Sequence record: OL539457.1
DNA length: 51,552 bases
DNA from: Klebsiella phage vB_KaeD_HazelMika
Direction: 5' to 3' (one strand)
The position numbers were made by a program, and so were the translations under genes. A model generated the notes under the pieces. That model saw only the letters and a program-made list of their open reading frames with translations. It was not told where the DNA came from and did no database searches. Positions 37,611-46,095 of the stretch are shown piece by piece. Numbering within the stretch: position 1 is the first letter of the stretch; each line of letters begins with the position of its first letter.

Positions 37611-38296
37611 TTTGCGTTAGCCTGGAAAACTGCACGGGCAAAGCCGCGAGGCGTGAGCGATCTGAGTTGCTTAGTCTTTGCAGACTTGCCACCGAGAAAC
37701 TTCCAGCCCCAGAAAAAGTGAATGCCTTCATCATCCGGTAATTCCATCTTCTTCGGTTGCTCGAATCCCTCGCCGCACCAGATACAAGTTTTCTTCGTGT
37801 AGCCATCGCGCAGCGGCATTTTTGGATGCCATGAGCCTTCATCGGCGTTGACGTAATACCCAAAATCGCGAGGGTGAAAATAGAAGTTCGGCTTGCCCAT
37901 CATATCTGGATTTGACAGCTTGCCTACCGGATTTTCAATCATCCACGGCACGCCGAACGATTCGCCAAGAGCCTTCACGATCTTTGCATTCTCCAGGGCG
38001 TAAGCTAGCTCATCCTCTTCGCGGAAGTGCTTCGCGCCGGAGTGGGCAAACAGCGTGCAATCTGGGAATCCGAAGATGATCCCAGGTTCAGGGATGCCCA
38101 GCAATCCGCACTTAATCTGGAAATCCTTGTCAATCCACATGTTTACGTAATGCAGATTTTCGTGCTTCATCTTCACTTCATACTCGCCATGATTGCCGGA
38201 ATCAGCGTTGAAGCAGTAAACCTGATAACCAGCAGTCGCCCAGGGTAAGCCCATGATTCCTGAACCGTCAAACAGTGACCAAACAACCTTTTTCAT
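37607..38296 (-). CDS. compact C5-cytosine methyltransferase-like protein
   Basis: 229 aa with motif I LFDGSGIMG (FxGxG), a motif IV-like GFPDCTLFAHSG and a motif VI-like MIENPVG (ENV). It is far shorter than standard C5-MTases. Confidence 0.4.
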   Translation of the reverse strand: MKKVVWSLFDGSGIMGLPWATAGYQVYCFNADSGNHGEYEVKMKHENLHYVNMWIDKDFQIKCGLLGIPEPGIIFGFPDCTLFAHSGAKHFREEDELAYALENAKIVKALGESFGVPWMIENPVGKLSNPDMMGKPNFYFHPRDFGYYVNADEGSWHPKMPLRDGYTKKTCIWCGEGFEQPKKMELPDDEGIHFFWGWKFLGGKSAKTKQLRSLTPRGFARAVFQANAK

Positions 38297-38514
38297 TCTG
38301 CAACCTCTTCAAATTTAGCAACTCCAAGAATCACCCATCCTGACGGGTAAGCCGTCACAGCCTGCCAACTGCTAGACCCGTTCCGGCGCTTCTCATCACC
38401 AATCACGATGGCATCGGCTCCAGCGCGTTCGGCCTCGTAAACCTTCCCCTTCGTGAAGTGGGGCTTTTGCTTCTTATCGGTTGGCGACACCGCGCCAGTG
38501 CATTTGAGTTTCAT
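38293..38514 (-). CDS. hypothetical protein
   Basis: 73 aa, ATGA-coupled to the downstream gene. Confidence 0.4.
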   Translation of the reverse strand: MKLKCTGAVSPTDKKQKPHFTKGKVYEAERAGADAIVIGDEKRRNGSSSWQAVTAYPSGWVILGVAKFEEVAE

Positions 38515-38524
38515 ACTTCACCTT

Positions 38525-38758
38525 TTAAAACGGTATTTCATTTATGCAGTTATTGCAAACCGCGTCAATGGTGCATGTGCAGTGATGCACGTAAACAGCA
38601 GGCTCGTTGCCGGATGGTGTGCTTTCCGCGTCCATATCCATCGCACCAAGAGCCGCATCTAATTCAACGCACCCGTAAGCAACCTTTAGCGCCCACTCTT
38701 CGTTAAGCCCCGCATCAATCGCCGCGCGGTGACGGCTCCAGAAATTATTTTGTTGCAT
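38525..38758 (-). CDS. hypothetical protein
   Basis: 77 aa with several Cys residues. Confidence 0.4.
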   Translation of the reverse strand: MQQNNFWSRHRAAIDAGLNEEWALKVAYGCVELDAALGAMDMDAESTPSGNEPAVYVHHCTCTIDAVCNNCINEIPF

Positions 38759-39108
38759 GTTTGTTAAACTCCCGAAGTTTTGCCGCGCATGACTTGCTGC
38801 ATGTTTTGCCCCAGCCTCGCGCGAGGTCTGCTTTTTTCACTGCGTAAACTCGCGGGCACCCAGGAGCCTCGCAGCACTTCATTGCATTGCTTTTGCCGTA
38901 GCCGATAGGCTTCCCGCCACCTAACGCGATGTGACTTTCTCGCGGCGTTTCATCCTTCTTAGTTTGCCAGAACTGCTGCACGCTGGCGATCACTTCCCCA
39001 TCTTCCGATAGCAGGATCAGAACCGCCTTTTCGCCAGATTCTACAACGTGGCACATGTGCTGATCGTTGTCACCGAACTTAATGAGAACGCGATCGCCAG
39101 CTTTCATG
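38745..39108 (-). CDS. hypothetical protein with C-terminal zinc-ribbon-like Cys cluster
   Basis: About 120 aa from the Met at 39108, RBS GGGGG. Cys clusters CCEAPGCPR..KTCSKSC. Confidence 0.4.
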
Positions 39109-39337
39109 TTAGCCCCCGAAAGAAACGATGAAGATATTGTGAGTATCAAGCGCCGCGATCACTTCCGCTTCTGTGTAGCGAGTGAGGCCTGAGCCTGGAG
39201 TTTTCCCGACCACAAACGAACCATCACGGCGGGCAGTAACGCACAGTTGAGTGATGCCGGATGCGCGATCCATTCTGACTTTTACTGCGCCAGTTTTCGC
39301 CAGGTGAGCCATGATATTTGCGGTTTTAGTTTTCATT
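39109..39337 (-). CDS. hypothetical protein
   Basis: 76 aa from the internal Met with a good RBS, preceded by a module. Confidence 0.4.
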
Positions 39338-39367
39338 TCAGTTTCCTTGTTTGGTTGGTGTGAAAGC

Positions 39368-39411
39368 ATTATGACAAATCACACCGGATCAGTTTTAACA
39401 AAAAGTGCTAT
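39368..39411 (-). promoter_or_regulatory. conserved module (minus): ATAGCACTTTTTGTTAAAAC + 22 nt + CATAAT
   Basis: Followed by the leader gctttcacaccaaccaaacaagg. Confidence 0.55.
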
Positions 39412-39644
39412 TTCAATTTTATTTCGTTGTAGGCGCAGAACTCGATCACGTACTCGCATTCGCTGGGCGACTCACTACCTCGAAGCACATCACAGCCGCC
39501 ATGACTACCAAGAAACGCTGGGCAGGTGATGCAAAACTCACCTCCGCATTTAGATTCAACGATTGACAACCCGTTACACCTCCCGCCGCCGAATCGGTGC
39601 GGGAAGTCATAGGCCATGCAATCGCAGGTAACTTGCTTCCGCAT
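39408..39644 (-). CDS. Cys-rich small protein
   Basis: 78 aa with 11 Cys (CDC..C..C..CxxC..C..C). Confidence 0.4.
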   Translation of the reverse strand: MRKQVTCDCMAYDFPHRFGGGRCNGLSIVESKCGGEFCITCPAFLGSHGGCDVLRGSESPSECEYVIEFCAYNEIKLK

Positions 39645-39653
39645 GGCTCCCCC

Positions 39654-39932
39654 TTACGCGGTTTTCTTTGCGATCTTCCAGGCTTCTTTAAACGCTGGCA
39701 CGTCATCGATCTCAATCCAGAAGCCAGAACTAATGCCTTCTTCGTACAGCGGGCAAAGATCGCAGTATGAGTGCCAGGTTTTTTCTTCGCCGCCGATTGA
39801 AAAGCCAGTGCTCATTGCGCAAAGTGCATCTTCAACACGTTCCAGGCGCTCTGCGTCGTTGTCGTGAATTACGAAGTTCCATTTGCCGTTATACTCGCTA
39901 CCCAGCTTGATTGATTCGCGTACCAGTTTCAT
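39654..39932 (-). CDS. hypothetical protein
   Basis: 92 aa from the internal Met, preceded by a module. Confidence 0.4.
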   Translation of the reverse strand: MKLVRESIKLGSEYNGKWNFVIHDNDAERLERVEDALCAMSTGFSIGGEEKTWHSYCDLCPLYEEGISSGFWIEIDDVPAFKEAWKIAKKTA

Positions 39933-39969
39933 TTTGTTGCCCTTTTGTGTGCTTCGTTTCGATGGAGTA

Positions 39970-40014
39970 ATAATAACAAAAGCACGAACCGCCGTTTTAG
40001 CAATTCGTGCTATT
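39970..40014 (-). promoter_or_regulatory. conserved module (minus): AATAGCACGAATTGCTAAAAC + 22 nt + TATTAT
   Basis: Full consensus motif. Confidence 0.55.
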
Positions 40015-40067
40015 TGATTAAGATCGCGCGCGAAACTTCCGCACCTGGGCAGTTGGCCTTTGACCAA

Positions 40068-40261
40068 TCAGCGCGTCAATTGCTTTTCGTATCGGTTAAG
40101 CTTGATCCAGATCTCACCGTACTTGCGCGCCCACTTGTTCGCACCAGGCCGAAAGAGCGCCTCTGTATCGTACAGGTGAGAATAAACCCACTTCATGCAG
40201 GCTATATGCCGGAGCATCCCCTTGCACTTGCCGCGATTTGTCCAGCGCTTGATAATTTTCA
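40068..40261 (-). CDS. hypothetical protein
   Basis: 64 aa, basic, ATGA-coupled. Confidence 0.35.
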
Positions 40262-40519
40262 TGATTTCACCGTTAAAAATTGAACCGCCTTTTCGATGCA
40301 CTCACCCTGCGATCCGTAGAACACAGAGAAACCACGCTGGCAGATTGTCCAGGTACGCGATCCCTTTCTGGTCTGCTTAATCTCAACGTGTCCGTAAGGA
40401 TTCCTACGCACGCACTTGAACGCCCCGACCTTCTCACCCTTGCGCTTCGTGCTGTATTTGTCCGTAACGACAATCCCGCTATCAGTTGCCATGTCGATTG
40501 CTTCGTTGATTGTAATCAT
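40259..40519 (-). CDS. hypothetical protein
   Basis: 86 aa, first gene of the leftward early operon. Confidence 0.4.
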   Translation of the reverse strand: MITINEAIDMATDSGIVVTDKYSTKRKGEKVGAFKCVRRNPYGHVEIKQTRKGSRTWTICQRGFSVFYGSQGECIEKAVQFLTVKS

Positions 40520-40547
40520 GTTTTGCCCCATTCGTTTCGATGAAATG

Positions 40548-40593
40548 ATAGTAACCCATCGCCCCTGATCGGTTTTAGCAAAAAGTGCTATTT
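40548..40593 (-). promoter_or_regulatory. conserved module (minus): ATAGCACTTTTTGCTAAAAC + 22 nt + TACTAT
   Basis: Spacer hairpin cgatcaggggcgatgggt. Confidence 0.55.
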
Positions 40594-40610
40594 ATTCGAT
40601 TGCCCTCCAT

Positions 40611-40667
40611 TATTCCAGTTATTCCAATTATTCCGAATATTCCATTCCATCGGAATAACTATTCCAG
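40611..40667. repeat. iteron-like array TATTCC(A/G) x6 (one copy inverted)
   Basis: Copies of tattcca/ttattcca at 40611, 40619, 40630, 40638, 40645 and 40660, with an inverted cggaata at 40651. Confidence 0.7.
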
Positions 40668-40743
40668 ATCTCCTTGCAGATCAGATCCGATCGCGATGAT
40701 TCGATGCCGCTCCTTTCGTGATTAGATTTGACGAGTTTTGATT

Positions 40744-40793
40744 GTGATGTGATGAATGATGATGATTGATGACACTAGACCGATTGGTCTAAT
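40744..40793. repeat. GATGA/TGATG short repeats plus inverted repeat TAGACC-N4-GGTCTA
   Basis: gtgatgtgatgaatgatgatgattgatgac, then tagaccgattggtcta at 40776-40791. Confidence 0.6.
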
Positions 40794-41203
40794 CATTTTT
40801 TTCGCACCGCACTTTTTGCGCTTGTTATTGTTGTTACCCTGTGTTTCAATTTCACGCCCTCCGTGGAATCCGAAACGGAATAGTTGTTAATTAACAAAAA
40901 TAACACTATATCCCTTTATAGTAAGTAATTAATATATATAGGTTTTTTATATTATATAAATATTGTTGTTATAGATTGTTCTATGTGTTTCACCATTCAC
41001 GGGAGATATGTATACATTTTCCGAAAGGAATGGGCATATGATATTGCGCTTCCATTTGGACGGCGTGACGTAGGTATACATATACCCCTCCGCAAATAGC
41101 GGAACAAGGGCAACATCCGATAACATTCGTCGCTAACAAGCGGTGCGCCTGCTCTCGCCTCGCGAAAAGTGTTATAAGGCCGATTATTAACAGCGGGTAA
41201 CAG

Positions 41204-41232
41204 TTGACAACAACCGCGCCACCAGGCACAAT
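41204..41232 (+). promoter_or_regulatory. sigma70 promoter TTGACA-17-CACAAT (rightward early promoter)
   Basis: Consensus -35 with a 17-nt spacer. The track ORF start at 41204 is a TTG artefact. Confidence 0.6.
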
Positions 41233-41263
41233 GCAGCCATCCACAACCAAAGGAGAAATAACC

Positions 41264-41770
41264 ATGTCAGAGAGAACGTTAGCAAATATCGTGCGCCACA
41301 TCGCAACCCAGGCCCTGGCTCATGAAGAGCAGGTGTTGGCTGTGTCATTGCAAGCCATCGTGCAAAACCTCGACCCAGACGGCGCGCCGATGCCAGGTAG
41401 CGAGGAAATGGATGCAGCCGTTGCCGCGCTCAAAAAGAAGATGACCAAATCTTACATCACGATCACCATCAATCGCATGAAGGATGTGCAGGCCGCCAAT
41501 AAGTCAGCCGTTGCCCGATTCTTCACGTGTGACGATCGCGGCGTTGCAATGCTGGAAGTCGGATTTAAGGAAGGCAACACGACACGCGAGCGGGGCGCAA
41601 TCCAGGCAGACCGCACGCAGTACAAGCGCGGATATCATGACGGGTTAGACAAGGCGATCGCCTTTGTTCCAGACTTCGTGGATTACTCCGACGAGGAAAC
41701 GCTCATCGCTCGCCGCCTCCTGGTGGAAATGCGCGCTCACCTGGCGACGCTCAAGGAAGGTGCAGAATGA
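41264..41770 (+). CDS. hypothetical protein
   Basis: 168 aa with RBS AAAGGAG, first rightward early gene. Confidence 0.45.
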   Translation: MSERTLANIVRHIATQALAHEEQVLAVSLQAIVQNLDPDGAPMPGSEEMDAAVAALKKKMTKSYITITINRMKDVQAANKSAVARFFTCDDRGVAMLEVGFKEGNTTRERGAIQADRTQYKRGYHDGLDKAIAFVPDFVDYSDEETLIARRLLVEMRAHLATLKEGAE

Positions 41771-41973
41771 AAAAGCACAGAATCGTTTTAGTCGATACGG
41801 TCACGGCGTTTGGCGATCAGGTTAAGTGGTATGCCGTCCAGGTGCGGGTTGCCTTCTTCTGGTGGATTACGATTCATCATTTCTCGCAGTTGCGCGATGC
41901 GCGTTACTGGCTGCACAAGAGCGGCGCACCAACCAGGCCGGAAAAAGTTTTGAAGATTATCGAGAGGGGTTGA
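41767..41973 (+). CDS. hypothetical protein (paralog of next gene)
   Basis: 68 aa with a YAVQVRVAFFWW..HKSG pattern. Confidence 0.45.
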   Translation: MKKHRIVLVDTVTAFGDQVKWYAVQVRVAFFWWITIHHFSQLRDARYWLHKSGAPTRPEKVLKIIERG

Positions 41974-41977
41974 GGTT

Positions 41978-42193
41978 ATGAACAATTATCGAGTAGTGCA
42001 CATCAAAGAGTATGATGCGGAAGGTTATACGAGCGCCTCATATTACGCGGTTGAGCGTAGGGTGCGATTCATCCCCTGGCTCTGGCGACACGTCAAGTTC
42101 TACGATCGCAGTGAAGAGGCTTTCTTCCACAAGTCAAGGCTGGACAGGGTGAAGGGTAAGCGAAAAGAGCGAATCATCATCAGCAACGAATAG
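41978..42193 (+). CDS. hypothetical protein (paralog of previous gene)
   Basis: 71 aa with a YAVERRVRFIPW..HKSR pattern. Confidence 0.45.
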   Translation: MNNYRVVHIKEYDAEGYTSASYYAVERRVRFIPWLWRHVKFYDRSEEAFFHKSRLDRVKGKRKERIIISNE

Positions 42194-42233
42194 CACGAAT
42201 TGCTAAACATTAGCCGGAGCAATCCGGCATAAT
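42189..42233 (+). promoter_or_regulatory. conserved module: AATAGCACGAATTGCTAAAC + 22 nt hairpin + CATAAT
   Basis: The extended hairpin cattagccggaGCAAtccggcataatg pairs the -10 hexamer into the stem. Confidence 0.55.
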
Positions 42234-42265
42234 GCTTTCACACCAAACGAAACGAGGCAATGAAC

Positions 42266-42712
42266 ATGAGCAACCAGGCAAAGGCAATCAAACTTATCGC
42301 ACGCATCGAATCTGCAAACCGTTACATCTTCTCTGGCAACTATGATGCCGATGAGCTTGCAAAGGCAACAGCCGATCGTAATGCGATGGTTGCCGAATAT
42401 CTGGATCTGATTGACAGCATCGCCAAAGAAAACGAAATGGTAGATTTTGCAGAGCAGGTGGCAAAGGTTGCCGAAGATGATGGCGTGCAACTCCGTTACG
42501 CGGCTTTCATGGTTTCAACGTGTGACCGTTCAGTCAAAGGCCGTGGTGCTGAGTTCATGTCGTTTATCTCTGATGTCAAGGCTCTTTACATGCGAGCGCA
42601 TCCAGAGCAAATCTATTGCGGCGGTCACATTGGTTGTCATGACCATTTCACAAGCTACATCATTTCGGGCGAATGGCTTGAGGCAACGCGAGCGGTTCAT
42701 GCGGCAAAATAG
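42266..42712 (+). CDS. hypothetical protein
   Basis: 148 aa with RBS GAGG. Confidence 0.45.
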   Translation: MSNQAKAIKLIARIESANRYIFSGNYDADELAKATADRNAMVAEYLDLIDSIAKENEMVDFAEQVAKVAEDDGVQLRYAAFMVSTCDRSVKGRGAEFMSFISDVKALYMRAHPEQIYCGGHIGCHDHFTSYIISGEWLEATRAVHAAK

Positions 42713-42752
42713 CACGAATAGCTAAAACCACAATCAGGGGATATGCCATAAT
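42707..42752 (+). promoter_or_regulatory. conserved module: AAATAGCACGAATAGCTAAAAC + 22 nt hairpin + CATAAT
   Basis: A ggggatatgc/atagcccc stem with the -10 in the loop. Confidence 0.55.
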
Positions 42753-42780
42753 AGCCCCACACCAAACGAGAGGAAATATC

Positions 42781-43077
42781 ATGCAGACAGAATGCAAGAT
42801 TAACGCTGGCATCTTTGTTGGCGCAAATCCACCAATCCGCCAAACCGTCACGGTCAAGGGAGTTATGTTCATCAAGGTTGAGGCGATGCCACTGGATGCC
42901 AAAATCATCGGCGTTGTGCAAGGTGACGAGGTGATCGACTTTGTGTTTAAGCCCAACCGCATCGAGGTACACGACGACTTGATCACATTCCTGGATTCGC
43001 ACCGCAACAGCGATAACGGATTCACGGCTGAGGTGAGTTTTAAGCGTGGCGCAATCCTGAAAGTTGAGGTGAAGTAA
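42781..43077 (+). CDS. hypothetical protein
   Basis: 98 aa. Confidence 0.45.
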   Translation: MQTECKINAGIFVGANPPIRQTVTVKGVMFIKVEAMPLDAKIIGVVQGDEVIDFVFKPNRIEVHDDLITFLDSHRNSDNGFTAEVSFKRGAILKVEVK

Positions 43078-43388
43078 TGAAAAGGTTTAAAATACTGGCT
43101 CCGATTGCACTACTGACAGCGCTTGCGCTCACTGGCTGCGATGATTCAACCAGGGTTCCCCGTGAGCAGCGAGGAAAAGTGCAGGTCACAACGGCAGAAT
43201 CAGGCCGCGTACAGGTGCGCAAAATCAGTGAATTTCGCGATGACCTGGCTTATGACGATTATCGCGGCGTGTACATCATCACGGACACCGAAACGGGGCA
43301 AGAGTTCATCGGCGTTAGCGGCGTGGGCATCAGCGCGATCGGGCAGCACAATTGCGGTAAAAGTTGCTGGCGGAAAGACGAACGATAG
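43077..43388 (+). CDS. lipoprotein
   Basis: 103 aa with signal peptide and lipobox LTGC. Confidence 0.5.
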   Translation: MKRFKILAPIALLTALALTGCDDSTRVPREQRGKVQVTTAESGRVQVRKISEFRDDLAYDDYRGVYIITDTETGQEFIGVSGVGISAIGQHNCGKSCWRKDER

Positions 43389-43428
43389 CACTTTTTGTTA
43401 AAACGGATGCGCTCTGATTGGTTATGAT
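43385..43428 (+). promoter_or_regulatory. conserved module: ATAGCACTTTTTGTTAAAAC + 22 nt hairpin + TATGAT
   Basis: An atgcgc/gcgcat stem encloses TGATTGGTTATGAT. Confidence 0.55.
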
Positions 43429-43458
43429 GGGCGCATACCAACAAGCGAGGAAATAACG

Positions 43459-44088
43459 ATGTCACAATTTGATCTGGTTTATAACGACATGGGATCGCCG
43501 GAGGGTTCGATCTCACTGGTTGCTAACGATGGTCGCAGTTGGGAAATTCCAGAAAATACAGCTTGCATTTGCTTTGATAGCGATGGCGAGATTTACGCCT
43601 TTGAATCTGGCGACGTGGCAACCAATGAGCATGGAGCCTGGATTGATAAATCCGTTGATGGTTTTTGCGTCAAGGTTGGCAAGGTTCATCACGCTGAGGT
43701 TTCCGACTCGTGGCAACAGCCAATCTGGTTGAAATCTGAGCCGAAAAAGAAATCAAGCGCACAGGTAGCGGCGGATAATGCAGAAAAGGCAATGCAAGCG
43801 CTGATGACCGCCGAATCAAAGCCAGCAAAACCAATCCTTGACGGCGGCAAGCTGCGCGCCCGTGTAACTGAAATCCTGGACAAGAGAATCAAGGATGGCA
43901 AGCCAGGCGCGCGCCGCGCTCGAACCGGATTGAAAGATCTGGGTTCTGCTGGGTTTGACTTCACCAATTACTCAACGATGGCGCTCTTTACTTTCCTGCT
44001 TGATATTGGGTATGACTTCCGTTTGCATCGTGATTACACCGTGATTGAGGCTATCGATTCGGCTGTTGTGGAGGCTCGTGCAGAATGA
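43459..44088 (+). CDS. hypothetical protein
   Basis: 209 aa with RBS GAGGAAAT. Confidence 0.45.
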   Translation: MSQFDLVYNDMGSPEGSISLVANDGRSWEIPENTACICFDSDGEIYAFESGDVATNEHGAWIDKSVDGFCVKVGKVHHAEVSDSWQQPIWLKSEPKKKSSAQVAADNAEKAMQALMTAESKPAKPILDGGKLRARVTEILDKRIKDGKPGARRARTGLKDLGSAGFDFTNYSTMALFTFLLDIGYDFRLHRDYTVIEAIDSAVVEARAE

Positions 44089-44276
44089 AAACTTTCGAAT
44101 CCGTAACGTATTACGACGAGGACGGCGACGGCTTGCAGGTAGATTGCCACGACACGCACGTTGAGTTAACAGCATGGCACGATAGCGGCTGTTGGGTTGG
44201 TGAAGATCCGAAAGCGCTGCGAGAAATTGCCGCACAACTGATTCGCGGCGCTGAAATCCTGGAAGGTGGAAAATGA
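44085..44276 (+). CDS. hypothetical protein
   Basis: 63 aa, acidic, ATGA-coupled. Confidence 0.4.
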   Translation: MKTFESVTYYDEDGDGLQVDCHDTHVELTAWHDSGCWVGEDPKALREIAAQLIRGAEILEGGK

Positions 44277-44395
44277 GCAAGCTTGAAACAATCATCGTCG
44301 TAACTGCTGGGCTGGCGCTGGCTTGTCTCATCGTCGAGCAACTAATTTACACGGCGTTAGCGATCCGGCAGCGCAACAAAGACAAAAAGCACTAA
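44273..44395 (+). CDS. small membrane protein (40 aa)
   Basis: MSKLETIIVVTAGLALACLIVEQLIYTALAIRQRNKDKKH, ATGA-coupled. Its stop codon sits at the start of the next module. Confidence 0.35.
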   Translation: MSKLETIIVVTAGLALACLIVEQLIYTALAIRQRNKDKKH

Positions 44396-44429
44396 TTGCT
44401 AAAACGGGATGCGCTCTGAGTGGTATCAT
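44385..44429 (+). promoter_or_regulatory. conserved module: AAAAGCACTAATTGCTAAAAC + 22 nt + TATCAT
   Basis: Contains TGAGTGGTATCAT, an extended -10-like element. Confidence 0.55.
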
Positions 44430-44456
44430 CTTTCCACACCAACAAGGAGCGCAACC

Positions 44457-44645
44457 ATGAAAGCAAACGTTATTTATCAGAGCAAGTACACACAACGCCA
44501 GTGGCGCAAGGTGGATGGAAAGCTTGAAACCCGCCACTCATTCGCCCCGTATTGGCACAAGGCCGGATGGCCTGAGCCTGAAATGACAGAGCGCGATCTT
44601 GATTTCTACATTGAGCGCGGCGATTTCACCGAAGTAACCGACTAA
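44457..44645 (+). CDS. hypothetical protein
   Basis: 62 aa with RBS AAGGAG. Confidence 0.4.
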   Translation: MKANVIYQSKYTQRQWRKVDGKLETRHSFAPYWHKAGWPEPEMTERDLDFYIERGDFTEVTD

Positions 44646-44683
44646 CCAATCATGGGGAGCAATCCCCCAACAAGGAAATCACC

Positions 44684-45061
44684 ATGAAAGTATTATGCAT
44701 CAGTTCAGATCGATTCATTGCCGACTACTACAAGCCAGGTAATGTGTACAACCTCGAAGTGACAAAAGAGCACGTGCACGCACGCAAAACTCGCGAAGTC
44801 CAAAGCGATCGAGATATTTCTTTGCATGTGGCGCGGGTTGCTGGAGATAAGCACCGTTACTTTGTTGCCGGATACGAGGGAACCGTTTTCGACGCTATGC
44901 CGCATCGCTTCCGCAAGGTAAACCGTAGCGCAGCAATTGGTCAGGTTGAGATCGACTATTCACGATGCAAGCGCAGCATTCGCAACCAGGCGCGCAACAT
45001 TGCGAAAGAGATTCCATCATGCGGCAATCTTGAAAAGATCGCGCGGGGCTATAAGCGATGA
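44684..45061 (+). CDS. hypothetical protein
   Basis: 125 aa, basic, with an RBS. Confidence 0.45.
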   Translation: MKVLCISSDRFIADYYKPGNVYNLEVTKEHVHARKTREVQSDRDISLHVARVAGDKHRYFVAGYEGTVFDAMPHRFRKVNRSAAIGQVEIDYSRCKRSIRNQARNIAKEIPSCGNLEKIARGYKR

Positions 45062-45141
45062 ATGAGCCTGGAAAGTTCGCAATCGGTATTTTGATTTGGC
45101 TTGCGGCGATCTTCTGGCTTGCGTGCATTATTGCCGGATAG
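45058..45141 (+). CDS. micro-ORF, 27-aa hydrophobic peptide (putative)
   Basis: MNEPGKFAIGILIWLAAIFWLACIIAG, ATGA-coupled. Its stop is the TAG of the next module. Confidence 0.3.
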   Translation: MNEPGKFAIGILIWLAAIFWLACIIAG

Positions 45142-45181
45142 CACTTTTTGTTAAAACTTCCGCAAGGCCATTTGATATAGT
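45138..45181 (+). promoter_or_regulatory. conserved module: ATAGCACTTTTTGTTAAAAC + 22 nt hairpin + TATAGT
   Basis: An aaggcca/tggcctt stem encloses the -10. Confidence 0.55.
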
Positions 45182-45223
45182 GGCCTTATTGAAGCAGGGC
45201 AACCAATCACAGAGGATTAAATC

Positions 45224-45595
45224 ATGAAAAATTTACAGCTCGTGCGTTTACTCAACCCGTCAATCTACGCGTCAAGAGATCCGAAGGTATTCCGCAAGGG
45301 AGATCTTGACGATCAGTCGGTCTATCCGGTTGTTGTTGAGGCGGATGTGTTTAAAGCAGAATCATTCTCATTCGCAGCTGTGAGTGCAAAGGAGCTTGAT
45401 CGAGTATTCCCGATAATGTCTTGCAATGGCGAGCAGTACGAGCGCTCAGGCTCACTACACTTCTGGAACGATCCGGAAACTGTAGGCGAGAACATCCAGC
45501 GAGTATCATGGGAGCCAGTAACGCCGTTCGACTACTGGAACAAGTTGAAGTCATCGCGTCCAGTTGGTGATGTGGTTCCGCAGGGGTACTTATGA
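45224..45595 (+). CDS. hypothetical protein
   Basis: 123 aa with RBS AGAGGAT. Confidence 0.45.
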   Translation: MKNLQLVRLLNPSIYASRDPKVFRKGDLDDQSVYPVVVEADVFKAESFSFAAVSAKELDRVFPIMSCNGEQYERSGSLHFWNDPETVGENIQRVSWEPVTPFDYWNKLKSSRPVGDVVPQGYL

Positions 45596-45834
45596 GAAAG
45601 CTAACCCGCGATGAGGAGCGTTTTAAATCGTGCCTCAAGAAGAGCAAGAGCAAAACCATTCACCTTTCAACGAATGGATCACAGCTCTTCTGGTACTTCA
45701 AGGATGTTGAGCAGACGGGCTGGCATCCTGAAACCGTCACGGATCTGATCCGCGATGACTTGATAGAAATCCGGCTCATGGTTGGCGGTGGCGCTGGTGT
45801 CGCCTACTACCAGGGCATAACGTGGAGTAAGTGA
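45592..45834 (+). CDS. hypothetical protein
   Basis: 80 aa, ATGA-coupled. Confidence 0.4.
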   Translation: MRKLTRDEERFKSCLKKSKSKTIHLSTNGSQLFWYFKDVEQTGWHPETVTDLIRDDLIEIRLMVGGGAGVAYYQGITWSK

Positions 45835-45835
45835 A

Positions 45836-46021
45836 ATGCAGATTTACAAATCACCAGGCGGCGCGCGTTACGTTGTGATAAACGGCTTCGTGTACTGCAA
45901 GCCAGTTGAGGGAATGGTTTTCCTTTCCTCGATGAGCGTTGAGCGATTTCTTGCTCTTATCGCTGGTGGCCTGCTTACTTTTGAAAAGCTGATACCGCCA
46001 ATCATTCTGAAAAAGCACTAA
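45836..46021 (+). CDS. hypothetical protein
   Basis: 61 aa. Confidence 0.35.
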   Translation: MQIYKSPGGARYVVINGFVYCKPVEGMVFLSSMSVERFLALIAGGLLTFEKLIPPIILKKH

Positions 46022-46055
46022 TTGCTAAAACTTGCCCAGGGGCATTTGATAGAAT
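46011..46055 (+). promoter_or_regulatory. conserved module: AAAAGCACTAATTGCTAAAAC + 22 nt hairpin + TAGAAT
   Basis: A ggcat/atgcc stem. Confidence 0.5.
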
Positions 46056-46095
46056 GCCTCTCATCAAGTTAACGCAACCAACAAGCGAGGCAGTC

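Larger units (their letters stand above)
40532..41263. promoter_or_regulatory. divergent control region R2 (iterons, AT-rich tract, conserved blocks shared with R1)
   Basis: AT-rich tract at 40900-40985, GTTTCAC at 40987-40993 and ATACCCCTCCGCA at 41082-41094, matching R1. Confidence 0.5.

Noticed and set aside
40611-40667. Possible CRISPR array from the TATTCCA repeats.
   Set aside because: Repeat units are 7-9 bp with no spacer-sized unique intervening sequence. This is iteron-like, not CRISPR-like.
41240-41250. DnaA-box-like CCATCCACA near the rightward early promoter.
   Set aside because: Only 7 of 9 positions match TTATCCACA, it is a single copy, and it lies in the leader of the first early gene. 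This is insufficient to call a DnaA box.
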